Assembly: GCA_050288705.1 (NCBI GenBank)
Contig: JBNKEI010000207.1
Location: 6,701-70,700 of the forward strand
Source: Myxococcales bacterium
GTDB lineage: Bacteria; Myxococcota; Myxococcia; Myxococcales; UBA5297
Reading direction: 5' to 3'
DNA: 64,000 nt
Shown here: positions 28,247-38,613 of the stretch, piece by piece
How the letters are laid out: the number at the start of each line of letters is the position of its first letter
Numbering within the stretch: position 1 is the stretch's first letter
The notes under the pieces: generated by a model
Database searches by the model: none
The model's input: only the letters and a program-made list of their open reading frames with translations
Told to the model about the DNA's origin: nothing
Translations under genes and position numbers: made by a program

Positions 28247-28636
28247 TCAAATGCCTTTAGAAGTACTCTTGGATTGAGCAAAACGTTTATAAAAATCAAC
28301 AATGGCTTCTATAGATGTCTCTATGGCTTCCCCTTCGGTTTCAATATCATCTATAAAAATCCCACCGCAGATTTCGCATGTCTCGTAGACCATGGAACGT
28401 TTCTCGCCGCCCTCTACTGCTACAAGATCAATCTGGCATTCTGGACACGTTCCAGTAACTTCGTCAGGGTTGGGATGGCCTCCGATTGATTCCAGGCCAG
28501 GAAGATTGTGTCGCAAGAGCAACCGGTTTACTTCAGCGATGTCGAGCCATAGTCCAGTACACTCGGGACAGCGCGCCATACTGCTTCCCTCTCCCTCTAA
28601 CTGGACCATTTCGACAGCGCACCGGGGGCAATCCAT
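28247..28636 (-). CDS. zinc-ribbon protein with two TFIIB-type zf domains
   Basis: 129 aa. CPRC...CPECTGLWLD and CPECQ...CEICGGIFID match the CxxC-x-CxxCxGxWxD pattern of the bacterial zf-TFIIB family. Confidence 0.65.
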   Translation of the reverse strand: MDCPRCAVEMVQLEGEGSSMARCPECTGLWLDIAEVNRLLLRHNLPGLESIGGHPNPDEVTGTCPECQIDLVAVEGGEKRSMVYETCEICGGIFIDDIETEGEAIETSIEAIVDFYKRFAQSKSTSKGI

Positions 28637-28791
28637 TCAGAAAATATCCTCGTTCATGGGAGAAATCCTCCCTTTTGTTTGGTAGCCTTGTGGGTTCAAC
28701 AACCATGAGATTTAATAATAACTCTTTGTCCTGCTAGAGTTCAAGACAGAATATACATATACTCGCTCATAACAAAATCTACATTACTTGA

Positions 28792-30081
28792 TCAAGCTTT
28801 GGTTCGGCGAATGTCTGCTCCTAAGCTTTTCAATTTATGTTCCAATCGATCATATCCGCGGTCAAGATGGTAGATGCGATGTATTTCGGTTTTTCCGGTT
28901 GCGCAAAGTCCTGCCAAAACAAGAGAAGCGCTAGCACGCAGGTCAGTCGCCATAACTGGGGCGCCGCAAAGCTTTTTAACTCCTTTTACCACCGCAGTAT
29001 GTCCATCGATTTTTATATCTGCACCCATTCGATGCAGTTCCAGAACATGCATAAAACGATTTTCAAAAACCGTTTCCGTAATTACCGAAGAGCCGCTAGC
29101 CAAAGTCAGCAGCACCATGAGTTGAGCTTGCATATCGGTAGGAAAGCCCGGATAGGGCATGGTTTTTATATCAACAGGCCTCAAATTCTTGGGTCCTTTG
29201 CAAAAAATACCCCGGTTGTTGCAGGAAATATGGGCGCCAATTTCCCGTAGCTTTCCAATCACCGCGTCCAGATGTTCAGCAATAGCGTGTTTTACCAGAA
29301 TCTCTCCCCTTGTTAGCGCTGCTGCAACTAGAAAAGTACCTGCTTCGATGCGATCGGGAATTATAGAATGCTCCACTGGTTTTAATTCGTCGACTCCGTC
29401 AATGGTAATTTGGTCTGTTCCAGCTCCAGATATTTTAGCGCCCATTTTTTGGAGTACGCGCGCTAGCTCTTCTACCTCTGGCTCCCGAGCGGCATTTTCC
29501 AAAATCGTTTGCCCTTTGGCCAAAGTTGCCGCCATCATAAGATTCTCAGTTCCAGTTACCGTAATCATATCAAAAGTGAAAGTAATTCCCCGGAGTCGTT
29601 TCGCCCGGGCTTCTACGTATCCTTGAGCTAGGTCAATTTGCGCGCCCATTTTTTCCAGCCCTTTGAGATGCTGATCAATAGGTCGGGCTCCAATGGCACA
29701 GCCGCCAGGTAACGAAACTTTTGCTTTTCCATAACGAGCCAAGAGAGGTCCCAAAACCAATACGCTGGCTCTCATGGTTTTTACTAGCTCGTAAGGAGCT
29801 TCGGGGGCAATCGAACTAATACGTAATTTTAGTGTATTGCTTTGATCTATTTCGCCTATTTCTTGGCATATTCCCCTTTGGCTAGATAAGGTGGAAGCGC
29901 CCATTTTTTCTAGCAATTTGCAAAGAGTGATCACATCTGCCAAACAAGGAACGTTGCGGTAGCAGTGCTCGCCCTCAGCCAAAAGAGAAGAGGCAAGTAT
30001 AGGTAATGCCGCATTTTTTGCGCCACTAACCTCTACTTCTCCTACTAGTTTATTACCGCCTTCAACTACGATCTTATCCAT
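28792..30081 (-). CDS. murA: UDP-N-acetylglucosamine 1-carboxyvinyltransferase
   Basis: [29 protein letters not shown]... gives a full-length MurA pattern. The ATG at 30081 has a GAGAAGG Shine-Dalgarno; the ORF opens at 30144. Confidence 0.95.
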   Translation of the reverse strand: MDKIVVEGGNKLVGEVEVSGAKNAALPILASSLLAEGEHCYRNVPCLADVITLCKLLEKMGASTLSSQRGICQEIGEIDQSNTLKLRISSIAPEAPYELVKTMRASVLVLGPLLARYGKAKVSLPGGCAIGARPIDQHLKGLEKMGAQIDLAQGYVEARAKRLRGITFTFDMITVTGTENLMMAATLAKGQTILENAAREPEVEELARVLQKMGAKISGAGTDQITIDGVDELKPVEHSIIPDRIEAGTFLVAAALTRGEILVKHAIAEHLDAVIGKLREIGAHISCNNRGIFCKGPKNLRPVDIKTMPYPGFPTDMQAQLMVLLTLASGSSVITETVFENRFMHVLELHRMGADIKIDGHTAVVKGVKKLCGAPVMATDLRASASLVLAGLCATGKTEIHRIYHLDRGYDRLEHKLKSLGADIRRTKA

Positions 30082-30938
30082 GCCTTCTCCCAAAAACCTA
30101 GTGCAATGCGACTTAGCTGGGCTAAATCCTTTACAATCTGGCAACAGGTAAAGCCAGTATTGTGAAGCATCTGCAGAACTGCCGGGCCTTGCTGTTCACC
30201 AATTTCTAGAAAAATCCAGCCCTCGTTTTCCAGAAATTGAGGGGATTGCTGGATAATTCGCTGAAGAATTACTAACCCCTGAGGGCCGCCATCTAAAGCT
30301 TGGACAGGCTCCTTGCGCACTTCTTTCATGAGCGATGACAGTTGATTGCTGGGAATATATGGAGGATTAGAGACAATCCATCTATATGTTTGCTTTTCCA
30401 GGGGATTAAAAAGATCGCCATGCAACCATTGCACTTGCTGGTCAGTGGAATGTATTCGCGAATTTTCTTTTGCAACTTCTAGGGCGGGCAGCGAAGTGTC
30501 AACTGCAACTCCACAAATCGATGGACGTTCGCATGCTAAGGTAGTGGCTATGCATCCTGAGCCAGTGCAAAGATCTAAAAAAGTGTCAGTGGAATCTTGA
30601 GCTATTTTGGAGAGAACCATTTCCACCAAAAGCTCAGTCTCTGGCCGAGGAATCAGCACTCGCGAGTCCACTTTAAAAAGACGACCAAAAAATTCTCTAT
30701 AACCAAGTATATAGGCAGTGGGTTCACCGGAGGTGCGGCGCCTTACCAAAGACCGGAATTGCGCTAGCTCGTTTTTATTCAGAGGACGATCGAAATCGAT
30801 ATACAAACGAACCCGATCACAATCCAGGATTTTGGTGAGCAAAAGTTCTGCGGTAAGTCGGGGGGAATCCACGCCTTGTTGGCTAAAGTAATTGCTTGTC
30901 CAAGCAAGAACACGCTGTATGGTCCAGATTTCTGACAT
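30066..30938 (-). CDS. prmC: peptide chain release factor N5-glutamine methyltransferase
   Basis: SAM motif LDLCTGSG, the NPPY motif (VSNPPYIP), and an N-terminal HemK helical domain. Overlaps the murA start by 16 bp. Confidence 0.9.
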   Translation of the reverse strand: MSEIWTIQRVLAWTSNYFSQQGVDSPRLTAELLLTKILDCDRVRLYIDFDRPLNKNELAQFRSLVRRRTSGEPTAYILGYREFFGRLFKVDSRVLIPRPETELLVEMVLSKIAQDSTDTFLDLCTGSGCIATTLACERPSICGVAVDTSLPALEVAKENSRIHSTDQQVQWLHGDLFNPLEKQTYRWIVSNPPYIPSNQLSSLMKEVRKEPVQALDGGPQGLVILQRIIQQSPQFLENEGWIFLEIGEQQGPAVLQMLHNTGFTCCQIVKDLAQLSRIALGFWEKAWIRS

Positions 30939-31060
30939 AGGGCCTAGACATTTAACACGCTTGGCAGCGAAAATCTTCTTGCAGATAATAGATTGACGCT
31001 TCAAAGTATCTTAGTTCCGCTGACATCAGTTTTGGTTGATGCCTTGAATGGAAAATAAGT

Positions 31061-31702
31061 ATGTATCGCTTTTTTGTGCTGGGTTTTCTGATTAGTTTTT
31101 CGGCAATTGTAATTCCCAATGAATCATTAGCAAAACGCCATTTCGTGTTTCCCGAAATGGGCTTGGGATATGGTCATGCTTTTTTTTCTCAAAATGCTTC
31201 GCAACCTGTTGGTCAACTTGATTTTCAGGTGGGCACCGAATGGGATTGGGGAGGGCGCCGGGCTGCAGCGGGCTGGTTGCTTAATCTGAAGTACGCCACC
31301 AGTGCTACCCAAAAGCCACCAAAGGAATTGCATCTCTTTCATATAGCTCCCATGGTTAGCCTTTCTTCTGGTTACGGTTGGTGGACTGCTTTTGCACGAA
31401 TCAGCGCTGGTCCGCAGCTTTCTATTATTCGTCGTGACGATGTTACCGCAGTTGGAGGGGGATTGGCTTTCGATGGCTCTATTGGGGTTAAAAACGCGGT
31501 GGAGCTCTACTCTCAAACCACGTTTTCGGTAGATCCGGTGGGCCCCTCTTGTACTTTTATGGCAGGATTTCGAGTTAACATAATTGTCTTCATGGGGACT
31601 CTCGATTTTTTGTCACGTATTTCCGAGTATGAAGAACCGCCGCCTCGTTACAAGCCTAACAGGCATCGTCGTAAACACTATGCTTCGCCGGTGAAGCGGT
31701 AA
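31061..31702 (+). CDS. hypothetical secreted protein, possibly small beta-barrel, with basic C-terminal tail
   Basis: 213 aa. Signal peptide (…SAIVIPNESLA), alternating aromatic/Gly-rich segments, and a C-terminal PPPRYKPNRHRRKHY. Confidence 0.5.
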   Translation: MYRFFVLGFLISFSAIVIPNESLAKRHFVFPEMGLGYGHAFFSQNASQPVGQLDFQVGTEWDWGGRRAAAGWLLNLKYATSATQKPPKELHLFHIAPMVSLSSGYGWWTAFARISAGPQLSIIRRDDVTAVGGGLAFDGSIGVKNAVELYSQTTFSVDPVGPSCTFMAGFRVNIIVFMGTLDFLSRISEYEEPPPRYKPNRHRRKHYASPVKR

Positions 31703-31933
31703 TAGTGACCTAAGTGGCGTGTCAGCACCAAATGATGCAGTGCAGTATCGCAGTGCAGTATCTATGACAGGCGGATGGGTTCAGAGAATATCAGGTCAAC
31801 CATCGTATCAATACCCATTATGGATTGAGGTTTGGTATTTGATTTGGTTTATTAGTGGAAAAGTAGAACTGTTATGAATTTCAATATCGTGCCAATAATG
31901 CTGTCGCTTTAATCGCATTTCTGTTGCGGCTTC

Positions 31934-33274
31934 CTAAACCAGAACTACCCGCGAAGAGGCTAGGGAAGGGGGGCGCGTTTCCAGAATATGCATTTGGGTG
32001 AAGGCTACAATAGCCGCCAAGGCTTCAACTCTGGGAAGCTCGCTAAGCAGGATTAAATCATCAAGCGTTTTGGATCCATCGGCGTGCGCCAACAACCGCG
32101 CTTCACCATTGGTGAGGTTCAGATCGTGTAATTCGTAAGGGGGATCAGCGGTAGGAAAATAACGTAAATCGGTTTTCACCGCGGGGTTGAGTTGTTCCAG
32201 GGTGAATCGGCAGCGAAATCCCTCCAAAAGTAGGGGACCTGGAGCTAAGGAAAGAGGAAGTAGGTCTTTCCGCAATCCTTCCGAACGGACCCAGAAGCGA
32301 TAACTCCCTTCTTGCCATGTGAGCAGGTTGCAGACAATTTCGCGAACCTGGGTAGACATTAGGCTTACGCGTTCTTCGGGAGTGATCAATCCTTGCTGCA
32401 CCATGATTGTCCCCACGCAAGAGTCGCGATTACTTGTCGGCAAATCACCTATGGTCGATCGGTCAAGTTTACCTAATTGCTCGGCAAACCAACAGAAGCG
32501 CTCATTTTCCAGATTGGATGCAGCGTAAACAATATGGCCGTTTTGGACGGCGATTACTTTTACGGTGCGGCTATTGGAGAATACTATCTCTCCAGAATTT
32601 TGACCCAGCCAAATAGCGGTTAACAGTCGAGGGAAGGAGCCAAACTCTAATTTCCCGGTAGAAGGCCAGCTTCCGGTACGACGAGTAGGACTACGCGGAT
32701 GAATCATGGAAAAACTATTGTCATTGCTTGGTGCATCCTCAAAAGCGCTTAAATCAGGTGGCAAGTCCATTTCCGCAGTTGCTGATTTTTCTCCACAAGC
32801 ATGGATTCTTTCTTCCTCCTTATGAAGATCTTCTTCAACCAGCACCTCAATTTCGTGGAATTCATCTTCTTCGGCAGGAGGTGTGCTTGGCACGGGCGGT
32901 TTTGGCGCGGACTCGAATGAGCCTAGAAATTCCGATATCTGTAGCATTACTTCACGCGCAGCCAGTGGTTTTTCAAAAAATGCCTTCGCTCCATGAGTTT
33001 CTAATACTTCTTGAGAAAAGCGCTTGCCTCGAAACACCCCACTCATGGCTACAGTGACCACGCCTTTGGACGCTAGATGGGACACAATACTCTGGCCCGC
33101 CATGTCCGGTAGAAGCAAATCGATTAATGCTGCTTGAGGTAAACAGTTTTCACTGAAAGCTAGCGCTTCTTTGCCAGAATGCACTAATTTCGGAGTAAAG
33201 CCGTAAACCTCGGCTACTACTCCTAAGAGCCTAGCCAATTCCACGTTATCATCCAGAATCAACAGAGTCCGCAT
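31934..33274 (-). CDS. response regulator: receiver domain + DUF4388 (PatA-like) domain
   Basis: The REC domain has intact acidic pocket residues (LILDDN, IDLLLPD, MSG, EKP). The C-terminal segment FPRLLTAIWLGQNSGEIVF...NGHIVYAASN is typical of DUF4388. Confidence 0.8.
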   Translation of the reverse strand: MRTLLILDDNVELARLLGVVAEVYGFTPKLVHSGKEALAFSENCLPQAALIDLLLPDMAGQSIVSHLASKGVVTVAMSGVFRGKRFSQEVLETHGAKAFFEKPLAAREVMLQISEFLGSFESAPKPPVPSTPPAEEDEFHEIEVLVEEDLHKEEERIHACGEKSATAEMDLPPDLSAFEDAPSNDNSFSMIHPRSPTRRTGSWPSTGKLEFGSFPRLLTAIWLGQNSGEIVFSNSRTVKVIAVQNGHIVYAASNLENERFCWFAEQLGKLDRSTIGDLPTSNRDSCVGTIMVQQGLITPEERVSLMSTQVREIVCNLLTWQEGSYRFWVRSEGLRKDLLPLSLAPGPLLLEGFRCRFTLEQLNPAVKTDLRYFPTADPPYELHDLNLTNGEARLLAHADGSKTLDDLILLSELPRVEALAAIVAFTQMHILETRPPSLASSRVVLV

Positions 33275-33381
33275 AACTAGTCCGCGTGTGTTAAGCTGCA
33301 GTCCGCAGAAATCACTCTTGTGGGACGTATTCTACAGTAAATCGTTCTGAATGAAGATGGCCTTATTTAGCTATATTCGCG

Positions 33382-34689
33382 TCAGTTGCGCGTCAGTTGA
33401 TCGAGGCGCTCGAAGAAACCAGGAAAAGAAATATCTACCGAGGCAGCTTCGCGAATAGTAACCGGCTCTTTAGCAATTAGTGCACCTATCGCAAAAGCCA
33501 TGGCAATTCGGTGATCGCGATGGCTTTCAATTTCTCCGCCGGAAAGCCGGGATTTACCAGTTATGGCAATTCCGTCTTCCAACTCCTCAACCTTAGCTCC
33601 TAGCCGAGTAAGCCCATCAGCCATGGCGCGAATGCGATCAGATTCTTTAACCCGCAATTCTTGCGCTCCGCGAATGATCGTAGTCCCTTCTGCCTGAGTA
33701 GCTAGCATGCAGAGTATAGGGAACTCATCTATCGATAAAGCAACTTCTCGTTTTCCAATTTCAATGGAATGAAGACCTGGAGCAGTAGTGCAGATAATAT
33801 CGGCCACTGGCTCGCCAGATGTTTCGCGAACGTTTTCTAAGCGAACCGGAGCGCCCATTTCCTTCAGTAGCTGCAGAAAGCCGGTGCGGGTTGGATTAAT
33901 GCCCACCCTGCGGATAATTAATTCCGAATTAGGAACAATCAGAGCAGCGGCAATAAAGAAAGCAGCCGAAGAAAAATCGGAAGGCACGGTCAAATCAAAA
34001 GCGGAAAGCTCTTTTCCTCCAGAAACGGAAATGGTGAGATCACTACTACGCAATTGCGCCCCCATGGACTGGAGCATTCTTTCCGTGTGATCACGAGTCT
34101 TTTCTGGCTCAGTAATCTGAGTAGTTCCCTCAATACTTAATCCCGCAAGCAACAGGCACGACTTAACCTGAGCTGATGCCGAGGGAAGAACAAATGTTGA
34201 TGGTCGTAGTTTTCCCCCATTAATGGCTAAAGGAGCAAAACGTTCTTCTTCGCGAGCGAAAATGGAGGCCCCCAATTGACGAAGAGGGCGCACTATTCTA
34301 GCCATGGGGCGCTGTCGAATAGAATCGTCTCCAGTAAGTACTGACAAAAATGGGCGCCCAGCCAGTAGACCAGAAATCAATCGGATAGTAGTTCCCGAGT
34401 TTCCACAATCAAGAACGGTGCGCGCCTCTCGCAGGCCTTGCAAGCCTCGTCCCTCGATAATTACTTCTCCTTGGCTGCTTTTATTCATTGCCACTCCTAG
34501 GTGGCGCATAACATTGATGGTACTAAGAGGATCTTCTGCTCGCAGAAAATTGCGTACCACACTGGTGCCGGAGGCAATTGCTCCCAGCATGATTGCCCGG
34601 TGGGAAATAGACTTGTCAGCGGGAACTACTAGTTCACCACGAAGAGATTTGGCCTGGGTAACTATTCGACGCTGCATTGAATGACTCAC
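33382..34689 (-). CDS. aroA: 3-phosphoshikimate 1-carboxyvinyltransferase (EPSP synthase)
   Basis: 435 aa. LRGELVVPADKSISHRAIMLGA, LDCGNSGTTIRL and RVKESDRI motifs. Confidence 0.95.
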   Translation of the reverse strand: MSHSMQRRIVTQAKSLRGELVVPADKSISHRAIMLGAIASGTSVVRNFLRAEDPLSTINVMRHLGVAMNKSSQGEVIIEGRGLQGLREARTVLDCGNSGTTIRLISGLLAGRPFLSVLTGDDSIRQRPMARIVRPLRQLGASIFAREEERFAPLAINGGKLRPSTFVLPSASAQVKSCLLLAGLSIEGTTQITEPEKTRDHTERMLQSMGAQLRSSDLTISVSGGKELSAFDLTVPSDFSSAAFFIAAALIVPNSELIIRRVGINPTRTGFLQLLKEMGAPVRLENVRETSGEPVADIICTTAPGLHSIEIGKREVALSIDEFPILCMLATQAEGTTIIRGAQELRVKESDRIRAMADGLTRLGAKVEELEDGIAITGKSRLSGGEIESHRDHRIAMAFAIGALIAKEPVTIREAASVDISFPGFFERLDQLTRN

Positions 34690-35567
34690 GAGTTGGGTTC
34701 CTGGATTCGGGCCCGAGCTGACTGGGCTAGAACAAAAGAGTTAAGAAGCTCGCTGGCATCATTATTCTCAAGAGCAGAGATTATTTGATCAAGCTCTTGC
34801 TTAAAGATCTTTGCTGCTTCCAGTATTTGGTTGCGGTTAGCCGATGCAATCCCTTCCCAGAGATGTGGTGAGCTTAAGGCAATACGAGTAGTATCTCGAA
34901 ATCCACTGCCGGCATAGTTGAGCCATGATGGCTCGGTTTTCTCCACCGCATTCACCAGGGAATAGGCCACCAAATGAGGTAAATGACTTACTAAAGAGAA
35001 GATCCGATCATGAGAATGAGGATCGACAAGCTCTACCAACATTCCCAATTGTTTCCATAGAGCTACCACTTTCGCAATCGCTTCCGGATGCGATCGTACA
35101 GTGGGAGTGATAAAGCAGCGTTTGAGCTCAAACAGATCGGCGCTAGCTCCGTCTATTCCCGAAGTTTCTTTGCCAGCAATAGGATGGGCTCCTACAAAAT
35201 AGGCACGAGCAGGAACGATTTTCTCCATTTCTTCTACTAGACGGCCTTTAACGCTACCCACGTCGGTGACTACTACTTTCGATTTGAGCGATGCATAGAT
35301 ACGTTTTAGCGATTCTTCAAAGGTAGTTATAGGAGTGGCCAATAAAACTAGATCCGAGTCTCGGCAAGCTTGGGCAGGGTCCAAAAAGTAGTCGTCAATA
35401 ATTCCTCGTTCTTGTGCTTGCTGCAAGTTGCGCTCACTGCGCCCACTACCCACTATCCGCGCGCAAAGATCGCGTTTCTTCATAGCTAGTGCCACCGAGG
35501 CTCCTAGCAGGCCAACGCCAATAATGGTAACCGTTTCAAAGAATGGTTTGCTTTCAGCAACGGCCAA
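34686..35567 (-). CDS. tyrA: prephenate dehydrogenase
   Basis: 293 aa. Rossmann IIGVGLLGASVA and the HPIAG motif. 4 bp overlap with aroA. Confidence 0.9.
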   Translation of the reverse strand: MAVAESKPFFETVTIIGVGLLGASVALAMKKRDLCARIVGSGRSERNLQQAQERGIIDDYFLDPAQACRDSDLVLLATPITTFEESLKRIYASLKSKVVVTDVGSVKGRLVEEMEKIVPARAYFVGAHPIAGKETSGIDGASADLFELKRCFITPTVRSHPEAIAKVVALWKQLGMLVELVDPHSHDRIFSLVSHLPHLVAYSLVNAVEKTEPSWLNYAGSGFRDTTRIALSSPHLWEGIASANRNQILEAAKIFKQELDQIISALENNDASELLNSFVLAQSARARIQEPNS

Positions 35568-35600
35568 AACAAGCTCCCGAGCTCCTGGATATAGGAAAAC

Positions 35601-36716
35601 CTATTCGCAAGAGCGAAACTGATTATCAACAGGGTAAGATCCCAGATGACGAAAAGACAAACAGCTTTCCCTAACTTGTTGAATTGCTTCTTGAATTTTC
35701 AAATCTTCGATATGCCCTTCCATGTCGACAAAAAAGATATACTCCCAGGCGCGTCGTTTGGATGGTCGGGACTCAATTTTGGTCAAATTGATATTTCGCT
35801 CCTTGAAAGGAAATAGCGAATCGTATAAAGCGCCTGGGCGGTCTCGAACCGAATACATTATGGAAGTCTTGTCTTCCCCTGATTTTTTCGGTGAGTGCTT
35901 AGAAATAACTAGAAACCGAGTAGTATTGTCTTTGCGATCTTGAATATTTCGGCGAACGAACTTTAGATCATGAATACGGGCAGCCATTTCACCGGCAATC
36001 GCTGCAGAATCGTCATGTAGAGCCGCTATCTCGGCTGCTTTTACCGTGCTACTGGCATCGAGAATTGGAATGCCCCTCATATGGGTTTCTAGCCACAACC
36101 GGCACTGCGCGGCGGGGGGCTGAAAAGAAAAAATACGCTGAACCTTGGTTAAGTCTCCGCTCTTGGATAATAGATGCTGCGAAACTTCTAAAAATACCTC
36201 TGCAGCAATTTTCAACTCGGAATCTACAAACATATCCAAAGTATAAGTCACCGCTCCATCAATAGAGTTCTCAATAGGTACCAAACCGTAGTGGGCGTCT
36301 CCTGCCTCTACTGATTCAAAAATGGCTCGAAAGCTCTCACAAGGAATGTAGTGACCTGATGAGCCGAAGTGGCGAACTGCTGCCAGATGCGTAAAAGTAC
36401 CTTCCGAACCAAAGAAAGCTATTTTTTGGGGCTCTTCGAGTGCTAAAGACGCTGAAATTATTTCCCGATAGACAATCTGTAGCGCCTCACTAGGAAATGG
36501 ACCCTCATTCTCGGAAAGAAGTCTCTGAATGATTGCTCTCTCCCTTTCCGGAACATGAATGGGAAGATCTTGCTGTCTTTTGATGTGAGCTACTTCTAGA
36601 GCATACTTTGCCCGCCTATTAAGCAGGCGAAGAATGGTGCTGTCGATTTTATCAATCTCATCACGACTGCTAGCTAATGGGTTGGCGGAAGAATTTTTTG
36701 GGGGAGTAGTCATCAT
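35601..36716 (-). CDS. pheA: bifunctional chorismate mutase / prephenate dehydratase (P-protein)
   Basis: N-terminal CM helix (RDEIDKIDSTILRLLNRRAKYALEVAHIK), a PDT domain (TRFLVIS) and a C-terminal ACT domain (ESRPS). Start is uncertain (ATG 36716/36713 or TTG 36731). Confidence 0.9.
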   Translation of the reverse strand: MMTTPPKNSSANPLASSRDEIDKIDSTILRLLNRRAKYALEVAHIKRQQDLPIHVPERERAIIQRLLSENEGPFPSEALQIVYREIISASLALEEPQKIAFFGSEGTFTHLAAVRHFGSSGHYIPCESFRAIFESVEAGDAHYGLVPIENSIDGAVTYTLDMFVDSELKIAAEVFLEVSQHLLSKSGDLTKVQRIFSFQPPAAQCRLWLETHMRGIPILDASSTVKAAEIAALHDDSAAIAGEMAARIHDLKFVRRNIQDRKDNTTRFLVISKHSPKKSGEDKTSIMYSVRDRPGALYDSLFPFKERNINLTKIESRPSKRRAWEYIFFVDMEGHIEDLKIQEAIQQVRESCLSFRHLGSYPVDNQFRSCE

Positions 36717-36865
36717 GACGAAGTCGCACAAGGGGGTGAAAACTGGCTTTAGAAATCCTTCTAAGATCTTACCGCAGGCATGACTATCTTGTTCTAGCAG
36801 AGGATTCCAGGAAATTGATATTCCGCATTCGGCGAGCTCTGAGTTTCACACCTGAACGGTTACCG

Positions 36866-37435
36866 ATGCAGTTAGATTTTTCCAAGAAATCGCTACAAAC
36901 TGTTCCTAACGCACTATCCCTACTAAGATTGTTGCTAATTGCCCCTTTCTTGGTTTGTTACTTTTTGGACCAGCTACTAGCAGCAGCAATTCTATTTGGA
37001 ATCGCGGCAATGACCGATTTGTTTGACGGAATGACTGCACGAGTACTAAGTCAACGCACGGAGGTAGGTGCAGTGCTTGATCCGGTTGCCGATAAGCTTC
37101 TCGGACTTGCTGCTTTGGGAGCTTTAATTACACACCATCAGTTGCCTCTATGGTTACTCGTATTTTCGCTGACGCGTGATCTGGTGGTTCTATACATTGC
37201 AACCGCCAGCAGTGCTCGATCGCTGGCTATCCCCTTTTCTCCACTGGTAACAAGCAAGATTGCCACCTTCTTTTTGAGCGTCACCGTAATTGTTGCTTTG
37301 GTGCAGGAGGTCAGAGACGCTTCTCCTTTTACTGACTTGGTGAGAATTTTGGCGGTTTTTTCTTCATTGTTTTTAGGGTTGGCTAGTGTTCAGTACGCTT
37401 GGCGATACAGAGTTTTAAGAAATGAATCTCAGTGA
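36866..37435 (+). CDS. CDP-alcohol phosphatidyltransferase (PgsA-like)
   Basis: Motif DLFDGMTARVLSQRTEVGAVLDPVADK (DG-x2-AR-x8-G-x3-D-x3-D) and multiple TM segments. Start is uncertain (TTG 36815 or ATG 36866). Confidence 0.8.
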   Translation: MQLDFSKKSLQTVPNALSLLRLLLIAPFLVCYFLDQLLAAAILFGIAAMTDLFDGMTARVLSQRTEVGAVLDPVADKLLGLAALGALITHHQLPLWLLVFSLTRDLVVLYIATASSARSLAIPFSPLVTSKIATFFLSVTVIVALVQEVRDASPFTDLVRILAVFSSLFLGLASVQYAWRYRVLRNESQ

Positions 37436-37594
37436 CTATCTGACAGCACCTCCCTAAATTTGGGCCCAATTCGGGCGATATTCATCGCATATTTGCTGCC
37501 TAGAGTGAGTCGGTTGCTGATTAGTTATGGTAACAATTAAAAGTGAAGTCATGTCGAGTACTAGGCGAAACAGAGCTCAAAAAGGGGTGGTTGA

Positions 37595-38395
37595 ATGATT
37601 GCACTGGTATTGATGGCCAGTATAGCGGCATCTCCGCGGATGATTCTTTTTGCAGAACCACCGAAAGTTGAGGTGTGGGCATCGGAAGACTGGTCCACTT
37701 CTTCTCTGGTCGAGGTTTCTAGTATGCCAGGGGCTACTCTGGCCATAATTACTCGCTCGAACATGCTGCGTCATGATCTTTTTGATTGGATAAATCAAGG
37801 AGAATACGTGGTGCAGATTGCCCCACACCTACTTCCTGTCCATGTAAACCAGTTTCGTAAACTCAGGCAGACCTCGCTGGTAGTTCCTCTCGCAGAAATA
37901 CCTGCCGAAGGGGAGCGCTTGCAATTGAGTCGCTTGGGGCCCCAATCTTTGCGATTTCGGGTGCCACGGATCGATGCTTCTCTAGTCTCTTGGTTAACCG
38001 GGTTCAAAAACTACGAGCTAGAGCTAGATTTGCGTGGCCGAACGATCGATGCCGAAGAATTGAAGCTTTTTACTGCAATTCCCCGCGCTCGAAAGGTAGT
38101 GCGGATCGGCGCCAATGACTCTTTGGAAGAATTGAGCAAACTGCAGAAAGTAAAACTAGTACGTATAGTCGTTGAAAGCGATAACAATCGAATTCCCACT
38201 CCGCTGTCCGCGCAATTGGAAAAAATGAGCTTGGCTACGCGGGTCCGAGTTAGCGGCCAGGCTACTACCGAACAATTGCTTCAATTTGCCTGCCTTCCAC
38301 GACTTTCTTTTGAAATGTGGCTAGGAAGAGAGTCCCCTCAGACAATTGCCAAGGTATCGAATTTGCTTAAAAGCTTAACTCAAGGGATACATTGA
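37595..38395 (+). CDS. hypothetical secreted protein
   Basis: 266 aa, good Shine-Dalgarno (AAAGGGGTGG), N-terminal signal-like segment MIALVLMASIAASP. No family recognised. Confidence 0.5.
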   Translation: MIALVLMASIAASPRMILFAEPPKVEVWASEDWSTSSLVEVSSMPGATLAIITRSNMLRHDLFDWINQGEYVVQIAPHLLPVHVNQFRKLRQTSLVVPLAEIPAEGERLQLSRLGPQSLRFRVPRIDASLVSWLTGFKNYELELDLRGRTIDAEELKLFTAIPRARKVVRIGANDSLEELSKLQKVKLVRIVVESDNNRIPTPLSAQLEKMSLATRVRVSGQATTEQLLQFACLPRLSFEMWLGRESPQTIAKVSNLLKSLTQGIH

Positions 38396-38483
38396 GGTTC
38401 TTTTTTGATGACAGAAGCAATTCAGCTCTTGACCAACGCAAGCGAGATTGATAAACCGCGCCCTAGTTGAGTGATGCGAACAC

Positions 38484-38555
<72 letters not shown>

Positions 38556-38557
38556 TT

Positions 38558-38596
38558 AAGATCCCTCGGGTAAATGCTCGAGGGATTTTTTGTTTT
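38558..38596 (+). terminator. rho-independent terminator after tRNA-Val
   Basis: ATCCCTCG (38561-38568) pairs with CGAGGGAT (38579-38586) around a 10 nt loop, followed by TTTTTTGTTTT. Confidence 0.7.
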
Positions 38597-38613
38597 AATC
38601 TAAGGATCGAACG

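Noticed and set aside
31737-31762. Tandem 13 bp direct repeat GCAGTGCAGTATC x2 in the spacer after the 31061-31702 gene.
   Set aside because: There are only two copies. The repeat sits between two convergent gene ends, so it is not in a promoter position. It has no hairpin potential or further copies that I could see, and is probably a slippage duplication.
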